Assembly (NCBI GenBank): GCA_965216565.1
Contig: OZ244170.1
Coordinates: forward strand, 1,728,001 to 1,792,000
DNA: 64,000 nt
DNA from: Bythopirellula sp.
GTDB taxonomy: Bacteria > Planctomycetota > Planctomycetia > Pirellulales > Lacipirellulaceae
Reading direction: 5' to 3'
Part shown: positions 39,628-49,975 of the stretch, in pieces
Layout: each line of letters begins with the position of its first letter
Numbering within the stretch: the stretch's first letter is position 1
Position numbers and translations under genes: made by a program
The notes under the pieces: generated by a model
Database searches by the model: none
The model's input: only the letters and a program-made list of their open reading frames with translations
What the model was told of the DNA's origin: nothing

Positions 39628-42600
39628 CTATCCTGCCACAGAAGGCTTCTTACCGCTGGTGTCGCCGTCACTTAGCAGGCTCCCTAACGCGATCATCGCC
39701 AGTTGGCTAAGAACGAAGACGGTAAGCCAATAAGCCATTCCTGCACGAAATCCGTAGGAGTGTAGGCCAACGCCCATAGCGTTGACTCCAAACCAGGACC
39801 ATGCCGTCACCACGTTACCAAAGATCGCCAACACAGCCAGGCCACGTCGCTGGATCATTCCACCCCAGCGGGCATGTAGCACGAGAGCGTTCCAAATCAC
39901 GATGAGTAGCGCTCCGTTTTCCTTAGGGTCCCAACCCCAGAATCGGCCCCAGGAATCGTCCGCCCAGAGCCCGCCCAGTATGGTGCCAATAAAACTGAAA
40001 AGCGTTGCGAAGCAGATCGTGCCGTAGATCATACGGGCGAGAATCTGACGAAGGTCTGCCTCTCGGCTACTGCTGAGCTGCGAGAAAATCACATAGAACA
40101 AACCTAAAAAGCCTGCCACAAATGTTGCAGCGTAACCGAGCGTGATGCAAACAACGTGCGTGGCCAACCAGAACTGTGTATCTAATACTGCTTGTAGAAC
40201 TTTAAACGTATCGCCATCACCGGCCAGATTGTGGGCGATAAATAGACTAGGAAAACCAACAACAGGCGCGAGCAAATTGCCAATGCCGATTCGATAGATC
40301 CACTCGAAGATCAGCGCGAACAGCACGGCAGCCCAACCGATGAAAATTGCTGAGGAATATAAGTTGGTCACCGGTGGGCGACCCGAAATGTAAATCCGTC
40401 CGACCAACGCCGCTGTATGCAGCAGAAAAGTAAACCACAATAGCCAATTGGCGGAACGGTTAAGAGTGGTGGTGGCTCCCAGCCAAGAGCACATTGCCAG
40501 CAAGAATGCCAACACATAGAAAGCCATCGCAATAGCAAATGGCCGAATGTAGTTGAAGAACGACTCGAACTCTAGTCGGGAAACGTTGAGTTTCTCAGCT
40601 GTCTTGCGGCTCCCAGGTCCAGAGGCGGCTACAGGCTGCTGATCAAACTCCGCATCGGCTGCGGCGCGTTCTGTAATGACCTGCTTGTAATCGGCCACCG
40701 CATTGTTGAATTCCACAACTTCGTTATCTCGGTACGCTGCGAGAATGGCACGCAGCTTCTCAACGGCTGGATCGAGCTGCTCTCGGCTCTCTTTTCCTAG
40801 GACAGCGTCGAATAATGGGGCACTCTCTGCAGCAAGTAGCATCCGCCACTTGCCACCGGCTTTTTCAGGTGGCACCGCCAATGGGGATTGCTTGCTAAGT
40901 GTTTGGACTCGCTGGAATAGGCTCGCCAAATCGGCTCGCGCATCGTCGCGGGAAGTAGTACGAACAAAACGCAGTGGTGAAGAAAAACTATCGTGCAAAA
41001 CTGTCAGCAAAGTGACATTGTTGGCCAACTTGATAAACATAGCCTGCGTAAGCGTCCGCTCCTCCGTCGGAACATCCGAAGCGAGCTGAATCTGTTTTGT
41101 GTACTCTCCGTAGTTTTCGTAAAGGTCTGCAAGGCTATAGCGATATCCATCGCGCCGCTTCAGCCCTAGCGTGTGGAGAACGTCGAGATTCTCAATACGG
41201 ATACAACGATGGGTTCGAAAGTCTGGCGAGTCGCTAGCCAAGTCGAGCAGCCAGCGGATGGCTGGTTCCTTTTTCTCGAATCCCAGTAACTCAGCCAGGG
41301 CGGACTTCTCTTTAGGTACGACTAACGATTCCTTGCCCGATAGCACCGTCAAAGCATTTCGAGCCAACGTGTCTAAGGGTTGGATTCGGCCCTGATAGGC
41401 AACTGGCAACTCCCCAAATTCGCGGAGCTGCATTTCTGTAGACGGAGTTTTTGGCACCCGAAGTTTTGAAAGAGTCCACCCTCCAAAGATCAATACTATG
41501 AGCGTGGGCACGATGACTGCCGCTGAGTTCCAATTGGCAGCTAGATCTCCAAAGGACGAACTACGCGAATAGCTTGTAGCTGCTGCTCTGCGTTGGGCGA
41601 AGCGGAAAAACGTAATTCCAAAGTGGGCCAACAACCCGGTCAGAATTAGCATGCAAGACACGTAGGGCATCATCCATCCGGTATTGGTGACCACCTGCAA
41701 CATCGTCTTGCGCGGATTGGTGGGGTCGAAGCTGGCCTGATAGATGGTATCTCCACTGTAGCGAAGCGGATTGTTCATCCAAATTTTCCGCTGCAAATCG
41801 ACCTGTTGCTCAGGATCAGTGAGACGCACCTCGGACGAAAAATTCTTCGCCTCATTGGTGCCCACAAAGGTGTCATGGCGAAAATCAACTAGTTCAATCG
41901 AATAATCCTTCGGAATTCGTTTGTAGCGTAAGCTCAGTTCAAATGGTTTACCGTCGATCTCAATCGGCTCGACAATGTAAGCCGGTGTGAACTGCGACCA
42001 GAGCATTACAGTCCCCAGTGATTCGCCAGAATCTTTGTCTAGTAATTCCACGAAGGTAGCCGGGCTCTCGATCGATTGGCTCTCGTCAATGCCCGTGGTA
42101 ATAGAGTTGCCATCAACCGCGTAGAGCAAGCCCTCACCTCGTGTGGCAGGCGTCTCCTCGCCCGGTTGCAGCAAACGGATCGACGAATTTGGTAGAAAGT
42201 CGACTACACGCAGCCGAATCGGCAGGGCAGGGTGGTCCAAAGGTTCGCCGCTTGCTGCCGCCTGCCGGACCAGACTCTCCGGCACTAAGATTTCGATGTC
42301 ACTGTCAGCCGAGCTTTTGTCGACAACGACAAGCTCGACCTCGCGGGAATCCTCGGCATAGCTAAATTTTTGGCCTTCCACCAACCACATCTGAGCTTCC
42401 GTGGCTTTGACGCCCGTGAAGAGTTCACTGAACATCAATAACGCGATACCACCGTGCAACAATACAATCCCGGCACGGCGCCCGAAAACAAAATAACAAC
42501 CTGCTAATAAGACCAATCCTGCTCCACCGGCTTTGATCAATTGCCAAAGGATTCGCAAACCGGATGGATCAAGCCGCACATTCGGATTTAGAAATAACCA

Positions 42601-43251
42601 TCCGACGAGTAGCAGCAAATTAGCACACAACACGGCCCCCAAGACCCATAACCAGAAAGACCCTTGTTGTCTTTGACTCTGATAGCTCAGTGCAAGAATG
42701 TAGGCTAATACCAGCGTGCCCCCCGCGAGTGCTGCCCGCAATGCGTGCCATAGTCCGCCTGCGAACGCAGCCGACAGTTCGCTCTCGATCGTATCGTCTA
42801 GGCCACTTTGAACTACCAAATAGGTCAGCAGCGCTCCCAATGCCACCATGATCCAACCAGCCCACAAGGTTGTTCCACGGCCCGTCACTTTGAATCGCAG
42901 GGCATGCGCAGCAAGCAAATTTACCCCCAAGGCCGCGCCAACAAGCCAGCCACCAGGGAAGAGGATCACTCCGGGAACTGCCCAATCCCTGGGAAAGAAC
43001 ACTTTCAATTCGATAGGTGCAATCCAACAGCGAAAATAGTTCTTAATAACAAACCAAATGTCGTAGTCGATTTGCGCGAGCGTACCGGCAAGCACAAGCA
43101 CCATGGAAATTGCAAACAGCGTTACCGTTAGCCGCAGCGAGGCTAAGGGAAGAAAAACATCGCGAAGTGAAATCGGTGATTCGGACTCCGCATCTTTGGA
43201 AGCCAAATTTACATCGACCTGGAGGTCGGCTGGGATCTCGGTAGTAGCCAC
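39628..43251 (-). CDS. ccsA: Cytochrome c biogenesis system II fused ResB(CcsB)-CcsA protein
   Basis: LASLRLTV...GTLAQ ResB start, MNNPLRY.G..IYQAS, GRPPVTNLY, LDTQFWLATHV, WADDSWGRFWGWDPKE (WWD), GLHSYG. Confidence 0.92.
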   Translation of the reverse strand: MATTEIPADLQVDVNLASKDAESESPISLRDVFLPLASLRLTVTLFAISMVLVLAGTLAQIDYDIWFVIKNYFRCWIAPIELKVFFPRDWAVPGVILFPGGWLVGAALGVNLLAAHALRFKVTGRGTTLWAGWIMVALGALLTYLVVQSGLDDTIESELSAAFAGGLWHALRAALAGGTLVLAYILALSYQSQRQQGSFWLWVLGAVLCANLLLLVGWLFLNPNVRLDPSGLRILWQLIKAGGAGLVLLAGCYFVFGRRAGIVLLHGGIALLMFSELFTGVKATEAQMWLVEGQKFSYAEDSREVELVVVDKSSADSDIEILVPESLVRQAAASGEPLDHPALPIRLRVVDFLPNSSIRLLQPGEETPATRGEGLLYAVDGNSITTGIDESQSIESPATFVELLDKDSGESLGTVMLWSQFTPAYIVEPIEIDGKPFELSLRYKRIPKDYSIELVDFRHDTFVGTNEAKNFSSEVRLTDPEQQVDLQRKIWMNNPLRYSGDTIYQASFDPTNPRKTMLQVVTNTGWMMPYVSCMLILTGLLAHFGITFFRFAQRRAAATSYSRSSSFGDLAANWNSAAVIVPTLIVLIFGGWTLSKLRVPKTPSTEMQLREFGELPVAYQGRIQPLDTLARNALTVLSGKESLVVPKEKSALAELLGFEKKEPAIRWLLDLASDSPDFRTHRCIRIENLDVLHTLGLKRRDGYRYSLADLYENYGEYTKQIQLASDVPTEERTLTQAMFIKLANNVTLLTVLHDSFSSPLRFVRTTSRDDARADLASLFQRVQTLSKQSPLAVPPEKAGGKWRMLLAAESAPLFDAVLGKESREQLDPAVEKLRAILAAYRDNEVVEFNNAVADYKQVITERAAADAEFDQQPVAASGPGSRKTAEKLNVSRLEFESFFNYIRPFAIAMAFYVLAFLLAMCSWLGATTTLNRSANWLLWFTFLLHTAALVGRIYISGRPPVTNLYSSAIFIGWAAVLFALIFEWIYRIGIGNLLAPVVGFPSLFIAHNLAGDGDTFKVLQAVLDTQFWLATHVVCITLGYAATFVAGFLGLFYVIFSQLSSSREADLRQILARMIYGTICFATLFSFIGTILGGLWADDSWGRFWGWDPKENGALLIVIWNALVLHARWGGMIQRRGLAVLAIFGNVVTAWSWFGVNAMGVGLHSYGFRAGMAYWLTVFVLSQLAMIALGSLLSDGDTSGKKPSVAG

Positions 43252-43402
43252 AGAAAGTCGTACCTGGCTAGGAAGTGTCGGCAGGGGGAGGGAACGTTTT
43301 GGGTCTTATTCTAGCATTATAGCGCGCTAGCCGTAACGGCAACGCAAATTGACTCGATCATTTGCAGAGTCACCTGAGACCTAGCGTCGCCAAGGATGCA
43401 AT

Positions 43403-44500
43403 TCACTCGAAACGAACGGAGTCGAGATAGTCTGAGAAATTTTGCTGCTCTGCGACAACCAACGGTCGATCGCCGAAAAGCTTGAAGAACCACACCTTGC
43501 CATCTTTCACGCACATAGCGGCCAGCATGCCTCGAGGTTGGCTATCAGATTCAGCACCCAACAAAGCGACATAGCTCGCCTCCGTCCCGTCAATCTGCTT
43601 CGTCTCGACCAGCTCGCCAATTGCGGCTTCGTCGAGATCGGTCAGCCCCACTTGGCCCGCCCAGCGGCTAACGTTGGCAGTCACGTCGGAAATCTGCGGC
43701 CCCCCTGCGACCGGGAGCGAAATCACGGTGACCTCCGCCTTCTGGTCGGCCTGGGAAATCTCAAAGGCCGCTTTCCGCATTGCACTGAGGCGGCCCGGAT
43801 TCCAGCCTGATGGTGTATCGTATTTGAGTCCCCCCCCTCCGGCAGAAGATGTAGCCTCCTTGCGATCGGGTGCCGTTGCCGTATCTTTTGCTTGTCCCCC
43901 GTGCGGGTTGGCCATCGGCTTTGGTCGCGATAGCCCAGCGAGGTGTAAAACAGTCACTTTTCCTGCAGGAGTTTCGATCACGTTAGACAGTTTTTCAATC
44001 GCCTCCTTGGGCAGGGCACGTTGGTCGAGTTGTCCCATCCATCGTTCTACATTGCGATAAAGGAAACTGTCCCAATCGTCGGAGATCGGCAACGACGAAA
44101 CGGCGATTTCAGCAGCATTCGGCTCAGAGGACATTTTGAGCGTTGCTGCTCGCATTTGTGAGCCTTCCTTCTCTTGCCAAGTCTCGGGGAGTTCCCAACT
44201 CGGAGGCGCGTCTTTCTCGGAAGCAGGGCCAAGCGATTCCAGGAATTTCAGGAATTCTTTGCGGCGGGATTCAACTTGAGTACTTGGACCAGTGATTTTA
44301 AAGAACCAAGCCTTCTCCTCGGTGGGAAGTACTGCCACCAAGGTGTGGTCCATCCGCTCTTTCTTTTCACCCACGTCGAAAGCTTGACGCGGCTCGGTTT
44401 TGTCGACTGTGCGGCTGGTGATTTCAGGCTGAGGCTCACACCCCAAAGCTAATGCCATTGCTACACAAATTAGAAAGATCGGGAGGCCGCTATTGAACAC
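43403..44500 (-). CDS. Lipoprotein with duplicated, permuted domain, upstream of ccsBA
   Basis: Lipobox LALGC; two P..W...MR.A...NV.RW.GQ segments and two WFFK..G segments. Confidence 0.75.
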   Translation of the reverse strand: MFNSGLPIFLICVAMALALGCEPQPEITSRTVDKTEPRQAFDVGEKKERMDHTLVAVLPTEEKAWFFKITGPSTQVESRRKEFLKFLESLGPASEKDAPPSWELPETWQEKEGSQMRAATLKMSSEPNAAEIAVSSLPISDDWDSFLYRNVERWMGQLDQRALPKEAIEKLSNVIETPAGKVTVLHLAGLSRPKPMANPHGGQAKDTATAPDRKEATSSAGGGGLKYDTPSGWNPGRLSAMRKAAFEISQADQKAEVTVISLPVAGGPQISDVTANVSRWAGQVGLTDLDEAAIGELVETKQIDGTEASYVALLGAESDSQPRGMLAAMCVKDGKVWFFKLFGDRPLVVAEQQNFSDYLDSVRFE

Positions 44501-44609
44501 GGGGACACCAGGGGGCAGGACAGATTGATCGGCGAGAAACGTCTAGCCTGAACGAATTCTGTCGATTTCGCAATGCGCAACTTGCGAAACTAAGACCGCC
44601 ACAGGCTTT

Positions 44610-46244
44610 TTAGCCCAAACCGAAAGCACCCAACAGAGCATCCATCAAATCGCTGCTGACGCTAAACTCCTCGTTCCAAGTCCAGATGTTTCGCAGCACA
44701 TCAAGCATCATCACGCTGGCTAGCATCAAGAACAGGGTGGTGGAACCTAGCAACAACATCGATACCCAGTTGTAGGGCTGCTCGTCTGAAGCAGCAGCCA
44801 CAGGGGCCGGGCTGTAAGAAGTATCGAAATCCCCCGCCGGTGCATCATCAAAGTCCTCGGTGAGGACGACTGCTTCGTCTCCCGCATCCTCGGTGAGATC
44901 TACTTCTTCGAATTCCGCGACGGCTGACGCCCCTAGTTCTTCAATCTCTGCATCCAGAGCGATCACCTGCGAGCTACTGTCCCCATCGGTCTCTGCGGCA
45001 CCCTCGGAAAGCGGGGTCAACTGAAAATCGTCATCCGTTTGGAGCGAGGCAGAAGCAGATGCCTCTCCGCCTTCGTCTGCGTCGCCAAGAAGCGAGATCT
45101 CAGGATCGGAATCTCCGCCGAGTGATAACGAACTCAGGATTGCCGAGCCACCGATATCAAGCGGAATATCGTCCAACGCCAAACCACTATCTGCCGGAGA
45201 CAGATTGATCCCACTATCGCCACTGTCGAGGGTGATGTCGCTACCGCTGCCGTCACCTAAATCAAGCTCGCTGTCACTAGCCAACTCAATCTCGCCACCC
45301 GAACCTTCGTCGCCGCCACTGCCTCCATCTTCAAGCTCGAGTAATGGGACGTCTGTCGAACCCATGTTGCTATCGTCGGCGATGCCGTCGTCCTCCAATC
45401 GCAAATCGCTATCTTCATTGGCTTCACTCTTGGGCTGCTCGGCAGCTTGGGATTGGTCGGCGTCTACGGGATCGAGAATGCGACTCGATTCGGCTGCAAG
45501 ATCAATCTCAAGCTCGTCCAGATCTTCAAAGGCACTCGCCCCCGGACCAGAATCGCTGGTTTCAGTATCCAATACACCAGAACCTGCAATTTTTGAGGAA
45601 AGCACATCCGACGCTCCCGGTCCAGCGAGTTTCACATCGCTCTGACTGGCCAACACATCATCATCGTCAGCAAGCTCAAGTTCTAAGTCGGCGTCTTCGC
45701 CCTCATCTTTACCAATCACGGTGCTGCCATGTTTGCTGACCGATTCGCCCAATTCTTCTTCGCTCAGCAGGATTGAGTCGGACGGGCCAACAGCTTCATT
45801 TTCGTCCAGCAGAAGATCGCTAGCTCCGGCAGTGACGGTGTCATCTAGCTCGGCCAATTCCAGTTCGCTTCCGCTCGATTCGGTATCTGTATCGGGAGGC
45901 TCAATCTCCAATTCTGAGTCGGTTGTTGGAACAGCCGAACCCGCCGATATTTTAGTATCGTCGTCATCATCGATCTGCAGTTCCAGATCGTCATCGCTTC
46001 CAACCAAGCTCAATGGCTCGGCATCCACAAGATCGTCTTCGTCCACCAGACCGATATCACTAGGTGGTGCCGGTTCCGGCACCCCTTCATCCATCATTTT
46101 CTGAATCTCGTCGCCTCGGAATTTCCAGCTTGAGCCGTCGCGATAGGCACGCAGCTGGCCCGCCTCGCGCAGCTCATTTAGCTTGTCTGCCGAAACGCCA
46201 AGCTTTTCCAATGCATCATCGAAAGTGACGAACTTCTGGTCCAT
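44610..46244 (-). CDS. N-terminal MerR/excisionase-like HTH, long acidic disordered linker, C-terminal TM helix
   Basis: FVTFDDALEKLGVS...LREAGQLRAYRDGSSWKFR; D/E/S/G/L-rich middle; TM WVSMLLLGSTTLFLMLASVMML. Confidence 0.8.
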   Translation of the reverse strand: MDQKFVTFDDALEKLGVSADKLNELREAGQLRAYRDGSSWKFRGDEIQKMMDEGVPEPAPPSDIGLVDEDDLVDAEPLSLVGSDDDLELQIDDDDDTKISAGSAVPTTDSELEIEPPDTDTESSGSELELAELDDTVTAGASDLLLDENEAVGPSDSILLSEEELGESVSKHGSTVIGKDEGEDADLELELADDDDVLASQSDVKLAGPGASDVLSSKIAGSGVLDTETSDSGPGASAFEDLDELEIDLAAESSRILDPVDADQSQAAEQPKSEANEDSDLRLEDDGIADDSNMGSTDVPLLELEDGGSGGDEGSGGEIELASDSELDLGDGSGSDITLDSGDSGINLSPADSGLALDDIPLDIGGSAILSSLSLGGDSDPEISLLGDADEGGEASASASLQTDDDFQLTPLSEGAAETDGDSSSQVIALDAEIEELGASAVAEFEEVDLTEDAGDEAVVLTEDFDDAPAGDFDTSYSPAPVAAASDEQPYNWVSMLLLGSTTLFLMLASVMMLDVLRNIWTWNEEFSVSSDLMDALLGAFGLG

Positions 46245-46293
46245 CGAAACCTCTTCAAGGTAATATCAAGTCAGTGACTGCGACCGTCAGGCA

Positions 46294-46656
46294 CTAGTTC
46301 TGCCGGTCTAGCATATTCTTTATCTCTTGCGGCGAGGGTTCGGTACTGTTGTAACCAGTCATTTGTAAATCAAATACCAAGTTACGACAGCTTAGAAACT
46401 TGATCTCGCCTTTCTCTCTACCGATCTCGTAAACAGCTACGCTCATCCGTTGCGAGTCGACTACCACCAATCGTGCGGGTCGACCTTCACTCTCCTGCAG
46501 GTAGGTTGTTAGGTTGCCACCCGCAACGCCCATTGGCGAGGCTTGCACGGCCCACGATTGTTGGCCCGACTCGTTCCAAGTCGAACCGATCGCCACCAAC
46601 ACCAAAACAACTACTAACAAACCGAGTGAATGACTCTTTCCTTGCATCGCTTCCAT
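46294..46656 (-). CDS. Small exported hypothetical protein
   Basis: Hydrophobic N-terminus; LVVVD...VAVYEI....G.I.FLS.RNL.FDL...YN...PSP. Confidence 0.65.
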   Translation of the reverse strand: MEAMQGKSHSLGLLVVVLVLVAIGSTWNESGQQSWAVQASPMGVAGGNLTTYLQESEGRPARLVVVDSQRMSVAVYEIGREKGEIKFLSCRNLVFDLQMTGYNSTEPSPQEIKNMLDRQN

Positions 46657-46982
46657 CCTATTCTGCTGCGCTAGATTGCCCTCGAAGCAAATCGGTTGCT
46701 GCAAGAAGAATCCACGATCAGCGGTCTCGGAGGCGATTGCCCTCAACTTATATTATTAAGAGCCGCCGCCACCCATTCAAGAAAAATTCAGCCCATCCCC
46801 TTATCTCTTCAAGGGTTAGTTAAAGGGCACAATCGTTCCAACCGTTTCTGCTGGTAGTCCCGACACCGTGGAGTTTACCCCCATGTGGCCCAATCGACCA
46901 ACTAGGGGGCTCACAGAGGCCAGCTGGAGAGTCTGCGAGCGCCCGTATGAGATTGAATTGAAATTTGGTAGCCTAGGCTTCC

Positions 46983-47798
46983 ATGAAAGACTTAGAAAAG
47001 CCTAATTTGGAGGGCCGTTTAGGGCACGCGGTCGAATTCGCACGTCAAGCGGGGCAGCAAACTTTGCAGCTCTTCAGGGCCGCCGAATGCGGATTACAGT
47101 GGAAATCGGACGGTTCGCCCGTTACCGAAGCGGACCAAAACGCCGAGCAGCTCCTCCGGGATTTGATTTCTAAGCAATATCCGGACGACGGCATCCTGGG
47201 GGAAGAATTTCCAGAAAAACCGGGCTCCAGCGGCCATCAATGGGTTCTCGACCCTATCGACGGGACTAAGTCGTTCGTCACGGGGGTACCACTCTATGCG
47301 ACTCTCGTGGCCGTCATGCAGAACAACGAACCACAAATCGGCGTCATCTACGCCCCGGCTGTCGATGAAATCGTATTTGCCGAGGTGGGCCGTGGTTGTT
47401 GGCATGGAATCGGCGACGCCCAACCGAGGCCGTCCCGAGTCTCCGAGGTCGTCAAGCTGGAGGAGAGTGTTTTTCTTACCACTTCTGTGAAAGCATTCTC
47501 GACGTCTCGCAAGCAAGACGATCGGCATGTATACGACAATTTGCAATCGGCTTGCCGGCTGACACGAACCTGGGGCGATGCCTTTGGCTATCTCCTTGTA
47601 GCCACGGGCCGTGCCGAAGTGATGATCGACCCGGCCATGAATTTGTGGGATGCCGCCGCGCTCAAACCGGTGATCGAAGAGGCAGGCGGCAAGTTTTTCG
47701 ATTGGCAAGGCAAAGCAACAGTCCACAGCGGCGAATCGATTGCCACGAATCATCATGTTGCCGATGAAGTGCTAAAGATTGTTCAAAGAAAGGAATAG
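46983..47798 (+). CDS. hisN: Histidinol-phosphatase (inositol monophosphatase family)
   Basis: [42 protein letters not shown]. Confidence 0.8.
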   Translation: MKDLEKPNLEGRLGHAVEFARQAGQQTLQLFRAAECGLQWKSDGSPVTEADQNAEQLLRDLISKQYPDDGILGEEFPEKPGSSGHQWVLDPIDGTKSFVTGVPLYATLVAVMQNNEPQIGVIYAPAVDEIVFAEVGRGCWHGIGDAQPRPSRVSEVVKLEESVFLTTSVKAFSTSRKQDDRHVYDNLQSACRLTRTWGDAFGYLLVATGRAEVMIDPAMNLWDAAALKPVIEEAGGKFFDWQGKATVHSGESIATNHHVADEVLKIVQRKE

Positions 47799-47806
47799 AA
47801 CATTCC

Positions 47807-48850
47807 ATGAAGCGACGGCAACTTGGACAGAGTGGACTCAGCGTTTCTGAAATTTGCCTGGGAACCATGACCTTTGGCCAGCAGGCAGATGAAGTTAAAT
47901 CGGCGAAGATTATGGACACTGCTTACAACGCGGGGGTGAATTTCCTCGACGTCGCAGAGATCTATCCCGTGCCACCTTCGGCGGAAACAGTTGGAGTGAC
48001 CGAAGAGATTGTAGGTCGCTGGCTCAAGAACAAGCCGCGAGAATCGGTCATTCTGGCGACGAAAGTCACCGGCCCTGGCCATGGATGGTTCGAGCCACCC
48101 GTCCGTCACGGAATGACGGCACTCGACCCTCACCAGATCCGCAAGGCGATTGAAGGGTCGCTCGAACGTCTGCAAACCGACTACATCGACCTCTATCAAA
48201 CGCATTGGCCGGATCACGGAATGCGTTACGAAGACACCCTGTCGGCTCTTACCAAGTTGGTCGAGGCAGGAAAGGTACGCGCGATCGGATGTAGCAATGA
48301 AACAAGCTGGGGTGTGATGAAGAGCCTGCAAGCTGCTGAGAATCACTCGCTGCGACGATACGATACGGTGCAAAACAACTTCTCGCTCATCAACCGACGC
48401 TGCGAGAGCGAACTGGCCCAAGTCTGCCGCAAAGAGGCGATTAGTCTGTTGCCTTACTCGCCATTGGGTGGCGGCGTGCTAACCGGAAAATACAGTGACG
48501 ATCAAAACCTACCCCCCGGCGCCCGATTCTCGGACTATCTGCAAACCGGCGGCGAACGGCAGCAACGCATGGCGAAGCGTTTCGTCAATCCACGGACTCA
48601 GGAAACGGCGCGGCGGTTGATGGCCCTCGCCAAGGAGCTTTCGATCTCTGTCACCACGCTTTGCGTTGCATGGAGCAAGCAACACGATTTTGTCGGCTCG
48701 ACAATCATCGGGGTGAGTCGATTCGAGCAACTCGAAGAAAACTTACAAGCCGCCGATCTGGTACTGGACACGGAAACCCTGGCCAAGATCGATGATCTAG
48801 ACCGTGAAATTCCTACCCCGATGACGGAGGATGGTTTGCGGAGACTGTAG
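47807..48850 (+). CDS. Aldo/keto reductase (Tas-like)
   Basis: [40 protein letters not shown]. Confidence 0.92.
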   Translation: MKRRQLGQSGLSVSEICLGTMTFGQQADEVKSAKIMDTAYNAGVNFLDVAEIYPVPPSAETVGVTEEIVGRWLKNKPRESVILATKVTGPGHGWFEPPVRHGMTALDPHQIRKAIEGSLERLQTDYIDLYQTHWPDHGMRYEDTLSALTKLVEAGKVRAIGCSNETSWGVMKSLQAAENHSLRRYDTVQNNFSLINRRCESELAQVCRKEAISLLPYSPLGGGVLTGKYSDDQNLPPGARFSDYLQTGGERQQRMAKRFVNPRTQETARRLMALAKELSISVTTLCVAWSKQHDFVGSTIIGVSRFEQLEENLQAADLVLDTETLAKIDDLDREIPTPMTEDGLRRL

Positions 48851-48924
48851 ACCGAATCTTTCAGGTAGCTAATACCCTCATCCTTCAGTCTTATCGCAAC
48901 ACTGTGTTGCCGCAAGAGGTTTCA

Positions 48925-48960
48925 GGAGATGAGGGGGATGTTGGAGATAGTGGGGATAGT
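48925..48960. repeat. Short 9-bp periodic repeat (GG[A/G]GATNNN x4)
   Basis: ggagatgag ggggatgtt ggagatagt ggggatagt. Confidence 0.55.
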
Positions 48961-49019
48961 CTTATCTGGATAGGCTCAACCGAATGGCTTCGAGCAGTCG
49001 GGACTACAGCACCGGGTGA

Positions 49020-49213
49020 GCTTAAAGTGGGGACTGGCTCGCGATCGCAAGCTGTCGGATGGCCATCGGTTAGGCTTTCCAGCGATCCCGTGCCTGTCCC
49101 CATTTTAAGCGGTGCATTGGTGGTCCGTCGAACAAAGGGGACAGGCACGACGACTCGACGTGTGCTCAGGCGCAAGCCGTTATTTTGCGTCGAGCCAGTC
49201 CCCTTTCTTCGAC
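49020..49213. repeat. Two REP-like palindromes in opposite orientation, same family as the 88-bp array
   Basis: GCTTAAAGTGGGGACTGGCTCG...CGTGCCTGTCCCCATTTTAAGC (49020-49110) and GTCGAACAAAGGGGACAGGCACGACG...CGTCGAGCCAGTCCCCTTTCTTCGAC (~49127-49213). Confidence 0.88.
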
Positions 49214-49349
49214 TTCCGGTCCTGCGTAGTAGCACTAGAGCGTGCCGGTGCTAGGACGAGCCATCCCAGTTGCGTGGATTCTCAGACCGGGTATATTGGG
49301 TGATTCGTTCGATTTCGACAGTTTCTGGTATGTAAACAAGGATAAACTG

Positions 49350-49625
49350 ATGGCCCGGCAATGCGACGTTTGCGGCAAAGGCGCCCAGATGGGCAATCAA
49401 GTCTCCATCCGCGGTAAAAAGAAGTATTTAGGTGGGGTAGGTACCAAAATCACCGGTATCACCCGTCGGCAATTTAAGCCCAATCTGCAACGAGTTCACA
49501 TCACCACCCCCAATGGCACGCACAAGACTATCAACGCGTGCACGCAATGTTTGCGTAGTGGGGCAGTGACGAAGGTCGTCCGTCGCGCACCTTTCAAAGT
49601 GCCCGAAAAAGCTGCAGCCAAGTAG
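49350..49625 (+). CDS. rpmB: 50S ribosomal protein L28 (zinc-ribbon CxxC form)
   Basis: MARQCDVCGKG...GGVG.KITGITRRQFKPNLQ...CTQCLRS. Confidence 0.95.
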   Translation: MARQCDVCGKGAQMGNQVSIRGKKKYLGGVGTKITGITRRQFKPNLQRVHITTPNGTHKTINACTQCLRSGAVTKVVRRAPFKVPEKAAAK

Positions 49626-49661
49626 TCTCGGCCAATCCTTCTTTATGCGGGGAACGTGCCG

Positions 49662-49955
49662 ATGTCTCTCTCTCGTGCCGATGTCGAAAAAGTTGCGCTA
49701 CTGGCTCGCTTGCGGCTCAGCGAAGCGGAACTGACACAGCTCACAGACGAGATGGCTAAGATCGTGGATTACGTCGATCAATTGGCAGAGGTCGATACCG
49801 ACAACGTGCTGCCGATGGCCCATGCGGTGGAAGTGAGCAACGTCTTTGCAAACGATGAGGTCCTGCCGAGTTTGCCACGTGAGCAGGCGCTAGCCAACGC
49901 TCCTCGCCACAACGAGCGCGGGTATCTTGTCCCCGCAGTGCTCGGCGATCAGTAA
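49662..49955 (+). CDS. gatC: Asp/Glu-tRNA amidotransferase subunit C
   Basis: DVEKVALLARL, VDQLAEVDT, ALANAP, VPAVL. Confidence 0.95.
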   Translation: MSLSRADVEKVALLARLRLSEAELTQLTDEMAKIVDYVDQLAEVDTDNVLPMAHAVEVSNVFANDEVLPSLPREQALANAPRHNERGYLVPAVLGDQ

Positions 49956-49975
49956 GCCACACTGGCTAGGGAAGT

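Noticed and set aside
48891..49349. ORFs at 48891-49254 and the N-terminal extension of L28 from 49242
   Set aside because: These ORFs span REP palindromes. L28 homology begins at ATG 49350.
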